Positions 9,116 through 18,712 of a stretch of DNA of 64,000 nt are shown here, piece after piece. Under the pieces are notes generated by a model that saw only the letters and a list, made by a program, of their open reading frames with translations, made no database searches and had not been told where the DNA came from. Location: contig OZ245046.1 in NCBI GenBank assembly GCA_965224245.1, positions 2,624,001 to 2,688,000 on the forward strand, in the 5' to 3' direction. The position numbers and the translations under genes are program-made. Within the stretch, counting starts at the first letter, position 1; each line of letters opens with the position of its first letter. This stretch comes from Candidatus Eiseniibacteriota bacterium (GTDB lineage Bacteria > Eisenbacteria > RBG-16-71-46 > CAZAMP01).

Positions 9116-11755
9116 ATGGCATCGTTGGTCATCGTCGAGTCACCGGCCAAGGCCAAGACCATCTCACGCATCCTCGGCAAGGGGTACGTGGTCGAGGCCA
9201 GCTACGGGCACGTCCGGGATCTCCCGGACAAGGCCGACGAGATCCCGGCCAGGTTCAAGAAGCAAAAGTGGGCACGCCTCGGGGTCAACGTCGAGAAAGG
9301 ATTCGATCCTCTCTACATCGTCCCCTCGGACAAGAAGAAGTACGTCAAGAAGCTCAAGGACGCCCTGGCGAAGGCGGACGAGCTCTTGCTCGCCACCGAC
9401 GAGGACCGCGAGGGCGAGTCGATCAGCTGGCACGTCGTCGAGGTCCTCAAGCCCAAGGTCCCGGTTCGCCGCATCGCGTTCCACGAGATCACGCCCGGCG
9501 CCGTTCGCGACGCGCTCCAGCACCCGCGAGACGTCGACAAGAACCTCGTCCGCGCCCAGGAGAGCCGGCGCATCCTCGACCGGCTCTACGGCTACACGCT
9601 CTCGCCGGTCCTGTGGAAGAAGGTGCGCCGCGGGCTCTCGGCCGGGCGCGTGCAGTCGGTGGCCGTGCGCCTGTGCGTCATGCGTGAGCGCGAGCGCCGG
9701 GCCTTCCGGATGGCCGCCTACTGGGACGCCGAGGCCGCGTTCGAGCACGAGGGCATCGCGTTCGGGGCGCGCCTGGCCCGCGTGGGCGACACGAAGCTGG
9801 CCAACGGACAGGACTTCGAGCAGACGACGGGGCAGCTGAAGGACGGCTCCACCGCGCTGTGGCTCCCGGACGAGGCGTCCGTCCGGGCGTTGATCGAGGC
9901 CATGCAGCGCCCCTTCACGGTCACGAAGATCGAGCGCAAGCCGATCACGCAGCGTCCCGCCCCGCCGTTCACGACGTCGTCGCTTCAGCAGGAGGCCAAT
10001 CGCAAGCTCGGCTTCGCGGCCCGGCACACGATGCGCGTGGCGCAGAAGCTGTACGAGGGCATCGACCTCGACGGCGATCGGGTCGGTCTGATCACCTACA
10101 TGCGAACCGACTCCCAGACGCTGTCGGATAAGGCCCTCGGCGACGCCGAGACCGTCATCAAGTCGATGTACGGCGACGACTACACGACCGGGCCACGCCG
10201 CTACAAGACGAAGGCCGCGAACGCCCAGGAGGCGCACGAGGCCATTCGCCCGACCGAGCTGTCCCGGACGCCCGAGTCCCTGGCGGGGGCGCTGGATCGG
10301 GACGGTCTTCGCCTGTACGAGCTCATCTGGAAGCGCACGCTCGCCTCGCAGATGGCCGACGCCAAGGTCCAGCGCACGTCGGTCGAGATCGCTGCGACGC
10401 TTCGCGGGGCACCGCATCCGGGCCCCGCCACGTTCACCGCATCGGGCAAGCAGATCCAGTTCCCCGGGTACCTCCGCGCCTACGTCGAGGGGTCGGACGA
10501 CCCCGAGGCCGAGATGGCCGACAAGGAGGTCCTCCTGCCCGCGCTGGCCGAGGGCCAGCTCCTGGATCCCCGGGAGATCGAGGCGCGCGGGCACGAGACG
10601 ACTCCCCCGGCGCGCTACACCGAGGCGAGCCTGGTCAAGAAGCTCGAGGCCGAGGGCATCGGGCGGCCGTCCACGTACGCGTCGATCATCGACACGATCC
10701 AGGCGCGCGGCTACGTGAACAAGACCGGCAACGCGCTGATCCCCACGTTCACCGCGTTCTGCGTGAACCAGCTACTCGAGAACCACTTCGGGGACTACGT
10801 CGAGCTGGAGTTCACCCGGCGCATGGAGCAGTCCCTGGACGACATCTCCGTGGGGTCCCTGGACTGGCGCGAGCACCTGGAGCGCTTCTACCGCGGCAAC
10901 GGCGGCGATCTGGGCCTGGTGCGGCGCGTCGCCACTCAGGAAGACACCATCGACTACCCGGCGATCGAGATCGGCTCGCATCCCGAGACCGGCGCCCGGA
11001 TCGTGGCCAAGGTCGGACGGTACGGTCCGTACGTCCAGCTCGGCGATGCCGAGGCGAACGGGGATCGCCTGATCGCGTCGCTCCCGGCCGACGTGGCCCC
11101 CGCCGACCTCACGATCGAGGATGCGCTGGCCCTGATCCGCAAGAAGCAGGAAGGCCCGAAGTGCGTCGGCGATGATCCCGAGACCGGGCTTCCCATCTAC
11201 GTCATGACCGGTCGCTTCGGACCGTACGTGCAGGTGGGTGAGACGCCCACCGAGAAGAAGGCCCCGAAGCCCAAGCGTGCGTCGATCCCGGCCGGGGTCT
11301 CCGAGGACGACCTGACGCTCGAGGACGCCCTCAAGTACCTCTCGCTCCCACGCACGCTGGGGCCGCATCCGGAGACCGGCGAGGACGTCATCGCGGCCAA
11401 GGGCCGGTTCGGCGCGTACATCAAGTGCGGCGACGAGAGCCGCTCGCTCCGCGGGCGCAAGGACGTCGACGTCTACACGATCGAGCTGGACGCGGCGTTG
11501 GAGATCCTGAAGCAGCCGAAGAAGGCCGGTCGCCGACGCCCGCAGCGCACCGTGCTGAAGGACCTCGGCAAGGACGAGGCCGGGAAGCCGGTGCAGATCC
11601 TCGACGGCCCATACGGACCGTACGTGACGAACGGCGACCTCAACGCCTCGATGCCGAACGGCGTCGATCCCGCCGACTACGAGCTGTCCGACGCCGTCGC
11701 CCACCTGGCGTCGAACGGCAAGGCACCGAAGCGGAGGCGCTCGCGAGCCTCCTGA
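9116..11755 (+). CDS. topA: type I DNA topoisomerase with C-terminal repeat domains
   Basis: LVIVESPAKAKTI, ATDEDREGE, SAGRVQS, ITYMRTD (catalytic Tyr), AQEAHEAIRPT, GIGRPSTY. Four GR(Y/F)GPY-type C-terminal repeats. Confidence 0.97.
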   Translation: MASLVIVESPAKAKTISRILGKGYVVEASYGHVRDLPDKADEIPARFKKQKWARLGVNVEKGFDPLYIVPSDKKKYVKKLKDALAKADELLLATDEDREGESISWHVVEVLKPKVPVRRIAFHEITPGAVRDALQHPRDVDKNLVRAQESRRILDRLYGYTLSPVLWKKVRRGLSAGRVQSVAVRLCVMRERERRAFRMAAYWDAEAAFEHEGIAFGARLARVGDTKLANGQDFEQTTGQLKDGSTALWLPDEASVRALIEAMQRPFTVTKIERKPITQRPAPPFTTSSLQQEANRKLGFAARHTMRVAQKLYEGIDLDGDRVGLITYMRTDSQTLSDKALGDAETVIKSMYGDDYTTGPRRYKTKAANAQEAHEAIRPTELSRTPESLAGALDRDGLRLYELIWKRTLASQMADAKVQRTSVEIAATLRGAPHPGPATFTASGKQIQFPGYLRAYVEGSDDPEAEMADKEVLLPALAEGQLLDPREIEARGHETTPPARYTEASLVKKLEAEGIGRPSTYASIIDTIQARGYVNKTGNALIPTFTAFCVNQLLENHFGDYVELEFTRRMEQSLDDISVGSLDWREHLERFYRGNGGDLGLVRRVATQEDTIDYPAIEIGSHPETGARIVAKVGRYGPYVQLGDAEANGDRLIASLPADVAPADLTIEDALALIRKKQEGPKCVGDDPETGLPIYVMTGRFGPYVQVGETPTEKKAPKPKRASIPAGVSEDDLTLEDALKYLSLPRTLGPHPETGEDVIAAKGRFGAYIKCGDESRSLRGRKDVDVYTIELDAALEILKQPKKAGRRRPQRTVLKDLGKDEAGKPVQILDGPYGPYVTNGDLNASMPNGVDPADYELSDAVAHLASNGKAPKRRRSRAS

Positions 11756-11787
11756 CGACGGGGAGATCTCCGCTCGCGATCGACGTC

Positions 11788-12783
11788 TCAGCCGGCGTAC
11801 GCCGAAGCGACGGCGGCGCCCCGTCCAACGCGCGGACGCGCCTCCACCGCCATTGCACGCCAGCTCTCGGCCGCACAGGCCAGACGCGACGCCGCGGCGT
11901 CGGTCGCGTGCGGGCGCCGGGCCCACCGCTGCGCGACGCTCCACGCGGCCGACACGACGTCGGCGCCGACCCGCGCCGCCATCGTGGCGATGAGCATCCG
12001 TCGCATCGTCGGCAGGGTCGTCCCGTGCGGGAGCGACGCGGCGTGGTACGAGGCCACGAGCGCGCGCATCGCCGCCGGTCCGAAGTCGGCCTCCAGCGAC
12101 GCCACGGCCAGATCCCACGCGGGGATGCTCACGAGTGCGTACTCCGGATCGATGAACCGGACCGTGTCGGGTCCCATGATGAGGTTCCCCGGCGACGGGT
12201 CTCCGTGGCAGACGACCTCGCCCGGCCATGCCCGCTCGGCCCTCCGCCATGCCAGCACGGTGCTGGTCCGGGCCCGGCGGAACGCACGCGTCAACGGCCC
12301 GCCGAGCGCCGGCGTCTGGTCGAGGTAGGCGTCGATCGCGGCCGCCGGATTCAGCCGCGGACCCCCGTCGACGAGACCGGCGAGCACACGGTGCCACTCG
12401 GCCAGGCGCGCCCCGAGCGTGGGCGCCATCGCCGCCGGCAGGCCACCTCCCGGCGCGAAGGCACGCCCCGGCAAGAACTCCCGCAGCTCGACGCCGGTGC
12501 GCGCCTCCCGGTGGAGGACGACGGGGGCGAGATCGGCCGACGCCGCGGCGTCGGCCACGCGGTCGACCCACGTGGACCGCGGCGCCCCGGGCTCGGGTAG
12601 GCGCGCGACGAGCGCGCGTCCGGCCGCGCGGACGAAGACGCTCCGCCCCGAGGTTCCCGGCAGCCGCTCGACCTCGGTGTGCGGTCGATCGATCCCGTGG
12701 GCGTGATCCAGCGCCGATCGGAGCAGGTCGCGTTCGGTCGAGGTGAGCAATCCCGTCGTCGGGCCATCCATCCGGCGCTCCAT
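11788..12783 (-). CDS. phosphotransferase (choline/aminoglycoside kinase-like)
   Basis: Brenner motif CHGDPSPGN followed by FIDPEYA and WDLA. Confidence 0.75.
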   Translation of the reverse strand: MERRMDGPTTGLLTSTERDLLRSALDHAHGIDRPHTEVERLPGTSGRSVFVRAAGRALVARLPEPGAPRSTWVDRVADAAASADLAPVVLHREARTGVELREFLPGRAFAPGGGLPAAMAPTLGARLAEWHRVLAGLVDGGPRLNPAAAIDAYLDQTPALGGPLTRAFRRARTSTVLAWRRAERAWPGEVVCHGDPSPGNLIMGPDTVRFIDPEYALVSIPAWDLAVASLEADFGPAAMRALVASYHAASLPHGTTLPTMRRMLIATMAARVGADVVSAAWSVAQRWARRPHATDAAASRLACAAESWRAMAVEARPRVGRGAAVASAYAG

Positions 12784-12812
12784 CGCTGCTCGAGACGAGC
12801 TCCTCCTGGATC

Positions 12813-14816
12813 TCAGCTCACACCACTCCCGACGGGGACGTCACCGTCCACCGTCACCACGCGCAGTCGCCCGGCGGTCTTGGCCGCCAGGAGCATGCCC
12901 TGAGAATCCACGCCACGAATGCGAGCCGGCTTCAGATTGGCCACGACGACCACGAGCTTGCCCGAGATCTCGTCGGGCCGGTAGTGCTCGGCGATGCCGG
13001 CCACCAGCTGACGCGTCTCGGCGCCGAGGTCGATCGTGAGACGGAGCAGGCGATCGGCGCCCTCGACCGGCTCGGCGGTCAGCACGCGCGCGACCCGGAG
13101 CTCGGTCCTCGCGAACGTGTCGATGTCGATCAGCGTCACCCCTTCGGGATCGCCGCGATCCGGGCGCTCGCCGTCGCCGGCGTTCACGCCCGCAGCACCG
13201 CCGGAGCTCCGGCCCTTCGCGCCGCGGGCGCCACCCGAGGGTGCGGCACCACGATCGCGCAGTGTGGCCTCGGTCCGCGGCGCGGTCCGGTCGATGCGAG
13301 GGAACAAGGTCTCGAGCGTGCCGATCGGTGTGCCGGGCTCCAGAAGCCCGAACTCGAGGAGCTTCTCGAGCGTCGGCGCGGCGGCTCCGGGCACGCCCAG
13401 CATCCGGCGCAACGTCGTCATCTTCCCCGGCATGACCGGGAACAGGAGCCCCGAGACGATCCGGAGGAGCTCGGCCACGTGGTAGAGAACGGTGCCGAGC
13501 GCATCCCGCTCGCCCGCCTTTGCCAGCTTCCAGGGGGCCCTCTTGTCGAAGTAGCGATTCCCGGCCCGCACCGCGTCGATCACCATGGCGAGCCCGCGGT
13601 CCAGACCCATCGTGTCGATGCGCGCATCCATGCCGGTCACGGCGCTTCGCGCCGCCTCGGTGAGCGCCGCCTCGTCCGGGCCGGGCTCTCCGCGCGGCGG
13701 GATGACGCCGTCGAAGTCTCGCGCGATCATCTTCAGCACCCGACTCGTCAGGTTCCCGAGGTCGTTGGCCAGGTCCGCGTTGTAGCGCAGGATGAAGTTG
13801 TCCTCGGTGAACGAGGCGTCCTGACCCAGGGTCATCTCGGCCAGAAGGTAGTAGCGGAGCGCATCGATCCCGTAGCGATCCATCATGTCCATCGGGTCGG
13901 TGACGTTGCCGACCGACTTGGACATCTTCTCGCCGTCGGTCAGCCACCACCCGTGGGCGAAGAACGATCGGGGCATCGGGAGCCCGAGCGCCTTCAGCAT
14001 CGTCGGCCAGTACACCGTGTGGGTGGTGATGATGTCCTTGCCGAGAAGATGGCAGCTCACCGGCCACCACGTCCGGAACTGCTCGTCGTCACGGCGGTAG
14101 CCGATCGCGCTGATGTAGTTGACGAGCGCGTCGAACCACACGTAGCAGACGTAGTCGGTGTCGAAGGGCAGCTCGATTCCCCACGGCATCCGCGACTTGG
14201 GGCGCGAGATGCAGAGATCGCTCAGGGGCTTGCGCAGGAATCCCAGGGTCTCGTTGCGCCGAGACGCGGGCTGGATGAACTCGGGGTTCTTCTCGATGTA
14301 GTCGACGAGCCAGTCCTGGTACTTGCCCATCCGGAAGAAGTAGTTCTTCTCCGCCAGCCGCTCCACGGGCTTGCCATCGGGGCTCTTGCCGTCGACCAGC
14401 TCCTTCTCGGTGTAGAAGCGCTCGTCGGAGACCGAGTACCAGCCCTCGTAATCGTCGGCGTAGATCTCTCCGCGTGCGTGCAGGTCGGCCAGGATCTCGA
14501 CCACGACGCCGGTGTGGCGCGGCTCGGTGGTACGGATGAAGTCGTCGTAGGCGATCTCCATACGCTTCCACGCGTCCACGAAGCGAACGACGGTCCGGTC
14601 GGTCTGCTCCTGCGGCGAGATCCCCGCTACCTTGGCCGCGTCGTATACCTTCTGGCCGTGCTCGTCGGTGCCGGTCAGGAAGAACGTGGGGGTTCCGCGC
14701 AGGCGGTGGTAGCGGGCGAGCACGTCCGCGAGCACGGTCGTGTACGCGTGCCCGATGTGGGGCTTGCCGTTGACGTAGTAGATCGGCGTGGTGACGTAGA
14801 ACGACTCGACGGGCAT
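12813..14816 (-). CDS. metG: methionine--tRNA ligase with C-terminal tRNA-binding OB domain
   Basis: TTPIYYVNGKPHIGH, GTDEHGQK, YVWFDAL, KMSKS; C-terminal VVANLKP...SQGMLLA. Confidence 0.97.
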   Translation of the reverse strand: MPVESFYVTTPIYYVNGKPHIGHAYTTVLADVLARYHRLRGTPTFFLTGTDEHGQKVYDAAKVAGISPQEQTDRTVVRFVDAWKRMEIAYDDFIRTTEPRHTGVVVEILADLHARGEIYADDYEGWYSVSDERFYTEKELVDGKSPDGKPVERLAEKNYFFRMGKYQDWLVDYIEKNPEFIQPASRRNETLGFLRKPLSDLCISRPKSRMPWGIELPFDTDYVCYVWFDALVNYISAIGYRRDDEQFRTWWPVSCHLLGKDIITTHTVYWPTMLKALGLPMPRSFFAHGWWLTDGEKMSKSVGNVTDPMDMMDRYGIDALRYYLLAEMTLGQDASFTEDNFILRYNADLANDLGNLTSRVLKMIARDFDGVIPPRGEPGPDEAALTEAARSAVTGMDARIDTMGLDRGLAMVIDAVRAGNRYFDKRAPWKLAKAGERDALGTVLYHVAELLRIVSGLLFPVMPGKMTTLRRMLGVPGAAAPTLEKLLEFGLLEPGTPIGTLETLFPRIDRTAPRTEATLRDRGAAPSGGARGAKGRSSGGAAGVNAGDGERPDRGDPEGVTLIDIDTFARTELRVARVLTAEPVEGADRLLRLTIDLGAETRQLVAGIAEHYRPDEISGKLVVVVANLKPARIRGVDSQGMLLAAKTAGRLRVVTVDGDVPVGSGVS

Positions 14817-14885
14817 CGTCGATCTCCACCGCGCGTTCGCGCGCCTCGGCCGGGTGCCCGACGCGGCACCGGCCGACCCCCGGAC

Positions 14886-15161
14886 TCAGGCGTACTCGTT
14901 CAACGGACGCACGGTCGTGACGCTGTCCATCGGCAGCACCAGCCGGGCGTGCGTCTGCCAGACGCCCACCTTCGCGGCCTTCGCGATGTACTCGGCCTTG
15001 GACGTTCCTCCGGCGCCGTCGACGTGCTCGCCGGCACCGAACAGCACGATGCTCTCGTCGTTCATGTCGTCGCAACGCCCGATGAACACGCGATCACCGT
15101 CGGTGTCGACCACCACGGTGATCCCGTGCAGCGCGTGCTTGTCGTCGTGAAACGTGCCCAT
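14886..15161 (-). CDS. conserved-looking small protein, possible Sm/LSm-like fold
   Basis: 91 aa; GGGAGA RBS; typical codon usage; pattern ITVVVDTDG-RVFIGRCDD--IVL...LVLP--V--VR. Confidence 0.6.
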   Translation of the reverse strand: MGTFHDDKHALHGITVVVDTDGDRVFIGRCDDMNDESIVLFGAGEHVDGAGGTSKAEYIAKAAKVGVWQTHARLVLPMDSVTTVRPLNEYA

Positions 15162-15187
15162 CGGGTCTCCCGATCGCCTACCCGGCC

Positions 15188-15622
15188 CTACGAGCCCGAC
15201 GTCGCCGCGCAGTGCGCGTCGAACGCCGCGGTGAGCTGGGCGGCGACCCCCTCGGGGGACTGGCCCTCGATCCGGTGCCGGGGCACGAAATGCACCATCT
15301 CACCGTCCTTGAACAACGCCATCGACGGGCTCGACGGCGGGACGTCGGCCAGGAACGACCGGGCCTTCGCGACGGCCTCCACGTCCTGTCCGGCGAACAC
15401 GGTGGCCGTCCGCGTGGGCGTCACGCCGTGCTGGAGCGCCATCGCGACGCCGGGGCGCGCGCTCCCGGCCGCGCAGCCGCAGACGGAGTTGAAGATCAAC
15501 AGGCCGGTTCCGCCGGACTGGTCCATCCAGCGCTGGACGTCGTCGGCCGTGAGAAGCTCGTCGACCCCGAGGCACGTGAGCTCCTCGCGCATCGGCTGGA
15601 CGAGTCGTGGGTCGTATGGCAT
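15188..15622 (-). CDS. BrxA/BrxB family bacilliredoxin
   Basis: MPYDP..VQPMREELT, NSVCGCAAGSARP (CGC motif), TVFAGQD, PPSSPSMALFKDG; GGAGGA RBS. Confidence 0.92.
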   Translation of the reverse strand: MPYDPRLVQPMREELTCLGVDELLTADDVQRWMDQSGGTGLLIFNSVCGCAAGSARPGVAMALQHGVTPTRTATVFAGQDVEAVAKARSFLADVPPSSPSMALFKDGEMVHFVPRHRIEGQSPEGVAAQLTAAFDAHCAATSGS

Positions 15623-15752
15623 TCGGCTTCCTCCGTTGGCCCTGTCAGGGGGCCCGGTTGGCGCGGGCGGCTCGCCCGGTGACCCGATCACCCGCGGATG
15701 TCGGCCCCGCGGGACGCCCCGGCGGCACCGGCGGTGCCGTTGGGGGGGCGTG

Positions 15753-15781
15753 AGTCTACCGATCGCGGAGCGGAGAAACAA
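15753..15781 (-). promoter_or_regulatory. putative sigma70 promoter TTGTTT-N17-TAGACT for the bacilliredoxin gene
   Basis: Minus-strand -35 at 15776-15781 and -10 at 15753-15758, 17-nt spacer. Confidence 0.5.
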
Positions 15782-15789
15782 CCGGGTGT

Positions 15790-15828
15790 CCCGGCGGGCT
15801 CCGGGACCCCCAGGGGCCGCCCGCCGGG
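15790..15828 (-). terminator. GC hairpin immediately after the GCS2-CBS stop
   Basis: 10-bp inverted repeat CCCGGCGGGC...GCCCGCCGGG; only a weak, displaced U-tract. Confidence 0.35.
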
Positions 15829-17748
15829 TCAGGACATGCGGAGCTGCTGCTCGAGGAGCTTGCCGGCCACCTCGATGAAGTCGTGCTCGGTGACGATCCC
15901 GACGAGCTTCCCGTGCTCCACGACCGGCAGGCAGCCCACCCGCTCGCGGCGCATCTTCTCGATCGCGTCGACGGTCGTGGTGTCGGGAGAGACCGTGATC
16001 AGCTCGGTCTTCATGATGTCGGCCACCGAGACCGTCTGGGCGCGCTGCACGACGAGCCCACGGGCCACCAGACGCAGAAAGGCCCGGCTGGAGACCAGGC
16101 CCACCAGCTCCCCGTGATCGTCCTCGACCGGCACGTGCTTGATGTGCTCCCACTCCATCAAGCTGGCCGCCAGATCGATCAGATCGTGCGGGCGCACGGT
16201 GAAGACGTTGCGGGTCATGAACTGGCCGACCGTCAGGTAGCTCTCGCGCCAGTCCTCGGTCTCCGACGTGGACAGCGGAGGCCAGGTGTGCACGGCGTCC
16301 CCGCGCTCCTGGCGGGCGATGGTCGCGGTGGTGAGCGTCCGGAGGTGGTGGTCCTTCACGTCCGAGATCTTGCACAAGTTGCCGAACGCCTCCAGCGCCC
16401 ACGTGGCGCCGGTCCGTCCGGTCTCCGCGCGATCGGAGACGATCCCGAGGTATCGCTCGATGTCGCGCGCATCGACCCCGGCCGCCGCCAGCCCGGACCG
16501 CGCCTCGGGCAGGAGCTTCGACAGGATCAGCTCCCGAGCCGGGTACGTCTTGCCGTCGAGCCACGTGAACTGCGCGTTCAGCCCGTAGCGGGCGGCCTGG
16601 ATGAAGTTCTCCTTGGCGTGCTCGAACGGCATGATATCGGAGACGTCCTCCAGCGCCGCCGCGAACGTGGACATCAGACCGAAGAAGAACGCGGCGTTCG
16701 CGATCTCGTCCACGACGGTGGGGCCCGCCGGCAGCGCCCGGTTCTCGATCCGGAGGTGCGCCTGGCCGTCGTTGACGCCGTAGCAGGCGCGGTTCCACCG
16801 GTACACGGTGCCGTTGTGCAGCCGGAGCGCCGAGAGCGGCGGTGCGATGCCCCGGCGCACGAGATCCAGCGGCTCCTCGTCGATCCCGGTGGCGAGCACG
16901 ACCCGGAACCGGGCGATGTCCTCGCGGAAGATCTCCAGGACCGAGTCCTTGACCCACCGCTCACCGAAACTGACCCGTTCGGGTGATCCGCGCTCCAGAT
17001 GCAGTGGCGTCCGGATGTCGACCGACTGCTGAAACAGCGCGACTCGCGTCTCTCGCCAGAGCCGCTGCCCGAGCATCATCGGAGAGTTGACCGCGGCGGC
17101 GAGCACCGGAGCGGAGACCGCCTGCGCCAGGTTGTACAGCCGCGCGAACTCGTCCGGGGAGACCTGGAAGTGAACCTGAAAGCTCGTGTTGCACGACTCG
17201 AGCATGATGTTGTCGTGGCTGGCTTCGAGCTCGTCGATCCCCTTGATCGACACGTGGAACTTGCCGCCGCGCATGCGCGCCATCTCGCGATTGAGCGCGA
17301 AGTAGCGCGGGTTCGGCGTCATGTTGTCCAGCGAGAGATCGGACCAGCGCAACGTGGGCAGGATTCCGGTCAGGATCACGCGGGCACCGTAGGCCCGCGC
17401 CCCGGTCCTGGCCATCGTGACGACCTCGTCGAGGGCCTGCTCCATCCGGTGGAGGCAGTCGCCGCCGAACTCGATCGGCGCCATGTTGGCTTCGAGGTTG
17501 AACCGGGCCAGCTCGGTCGTGAACCGGGGATCGTCGATCTGATCCAGCACCTCGGTGGCCAGCGGCGCGGCCCGCCCCGCCCGATCCACGAGGAACATCT
17601 CCTGCTCGGCCCCGATGCGCCGCTGGCCGGCCTCGATCATGCCGTTCTCGAGCATGTACTCGAGGGCCTGCACGTCCTGGAGCAGGTTGCGCATGAAGGC
17701 CCGGAGCTGCTGCTCGTTGAGCTGATCGGAGACGTTCTGCTCGCCCAC
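15829..17748 (-). CDS. glutamate--cysteine ligase family 2 (GCS2) protein with C-terminal CBS pair
   Basis: IGAEQEMFLVD, TELARFNLE, ESCNTSFQVH, LHNGTVYRWNRACY, LRIENRALPAGPT; two CBS domains (VGQFMT..., GIVTEHDF). Confidence 0.85.
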   Translation of the reverse strand: MGEQNVSDQLNEQQLRAFMRNLLQDVQALEYMLENGMIEAGQRRIGAEQEMFLVDRAGRAAPLATEVLDQIDDPRFTTELARFNLEANMAPIEFGGDCLHRMEQALDEVVTMARTGARAYGARVILTGILPTLRWSDLSLDNMTPNPRYFALNREMARMRGGKFHVSIKGIDELEASHDNIMLESCNTSFQVHFQVSPDEFARLYNLAQAVSAPVLAAAVNSPMMLGQRLWRETRVALFQQSVDIRTPLHLERGSPERVSFGERWVKDSVLEIFREDIARFRVVLATGIDEEPLDLVRRGIAPPLSALRLHNGTVYRWNRACYGVNDGQAHLRIENRALPAGPTVVDEIANAAFFFGLMSTFAAALEDVSDIMPFEHAKENFIQAARYGLNAQFTWLDGKTYPARELILSKLLPEARSGLAAAGVDARDIERYLGIVSDRAETGRTGATWALEAFGNLCKISDVKDHHLRTLTTATIARQERGDAVHTWPPLSTSETEDWRESYLTVGQFMTRNVFTVRPHDLIDLAASLMEWEHIKHVPVEDDHGELVGLVSSRAFLRLVARGLVVQRAQTVSVADIMKTELITVSPDTTTVDAIEKMRRERVGCLPVVEHGKLVGIVTEHDFIEVAGKLLEQQLRMS

Positions 17749-17775
17749 TCGGACCCCGCTTCGTGGCCGCGAAAG

Positions 17776-17820
17776 CTCATTAATGAGAATAGCTTAGAAA
17801 GAAGCCAGGAACCCGCGCAA
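17776..17820 (-). promoter_or_regulatory. putative promoter TTGCGC-N18-TAAGCT with palindromic operator CTCATTAATGAG
   Basis: -35 at 17815-17820, -10 at 17791-17796. Perfect 12-bp palindrome at 17776-17787 in an AT-rich patch. Confidence 0.55.
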
Positions 17821-17878
17821 CTGAATTCCTCGGCGCCGGCGACGGTGAGGCGCCGCGCTGGTCGGCGCGCAGCGCCGG

Positions 17879-18712
17879 TCAACGCACGGCGTTCAGCCGC
17901 CAGTCGTACTCGCCGTACTCCTGGGTACCGAAGCGCGCCGTCGGCGCGCGGCGCCCGCCGGGCTCGCTCGCATCGTCACGATGCCGCGCGATGAACGCCG
18001 CCACCGAGCCCGCCGCGACGACGAAGTCGGATCGGTACCACTCGAAGATCCTCGAGAGCACGACGCCGGTGTCGGTCAGGCGAACCCAGCGCGGATCGGC
18101 GAGCGCCCGGCGTGTCACGAGCTCCAGCTGCTCGTCGAGCTCCTCCCCCTCGAACGGCCAGGCCTGGAGCGGCGGGCACCCGAGGGACGCACAGGAGAGC
18201 GCGAAGTGCACCCGCGGATCGCCGAAGGTCTTGCGGATGACGCCGTTCTCGACGTCGTCGAGCGAGCGCGCCCGACCGTCCACGCGCACGCACGGCTCGG
18301 TCCACACCCGGCCGGGATCGTCGGGATGGATCGCGCGAATCGATTCGATCGGGTACGCCGCGAGGACGGCCCGGAGGGTGGCCGCGTTGTACAGGTTGAT
18401 CCAGTAGGCCAGCGCATCGGCCGGCCCGAACGTCGCCGGCGAGAGGCGCTCGAGCGAGGCGACGTAGCTCTCGAGCGCGGCGCGGTCGGTGTTCGAGGCC
18501 ACCCACGCGGCATAGTCGACACGATCCCCGACCACGTAGCGCTCGAGCAGCACACCGAACGCGTCGTGGACCCCGGGCGGCACCGCCGGCGTGGACCGAT
18601 CGCCTCCCCCCGCGACCGCGCTCGCGGGCTGGAGCCCGATCGCGGTCCACACGACCCATGCGAGCCGGGCGGCCCGGGCCGCCCCGAGCGTGGTAGCCGC
18701 GGTGTCGATCAT
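17879..18712 (-). CDS. DUF547 domain-containing secreted protein
   Basis: VDYAAW, LAYWINLYNA, SLDDVENGVIR, DPRVHFALSCASLGCPPL, LSRIFEWY..DF, YDWRLN. ATGA overlap with the upstream gene. Confidence 0.9.
   Translation of the reverse strand: MIDTAATTLGAARAARLAWVVWTAIGLQPASAVAGGGDRSTPAVPPGVHDAFGVLLERYVVGDRVDYAAWVASNTDRAALESYVASLERLSPATFGPADALAYWINLYNAATLRAVLAAYPIESIRAIHPDDPGRVWTEPCVRVDGRARSLDDVENGVIRKTFGDPRVHFALSCASLGCPPLQAWPFEGEELDEQLELVTRRALADPRWVRLTDTGVVLSRIFEWYRSDFVVAAGSVAAFIARHRDDASEPGGRRAPTARFGTQEYGEYDWRLNAVR

Noticed and set aside
12984-15878. Very long antisense or alternate-frame ORFs (e.g. 12984-15878 +, 27062-30076 +, 24855-27497 +, 49889-52687 -, 42470-45193 +)
   Set aside because: They shadow well-supported genes, are Arg/Pro/Gly/Ala-rich with no motifs, and are expected in high-GC DNA where stop codons are rare.
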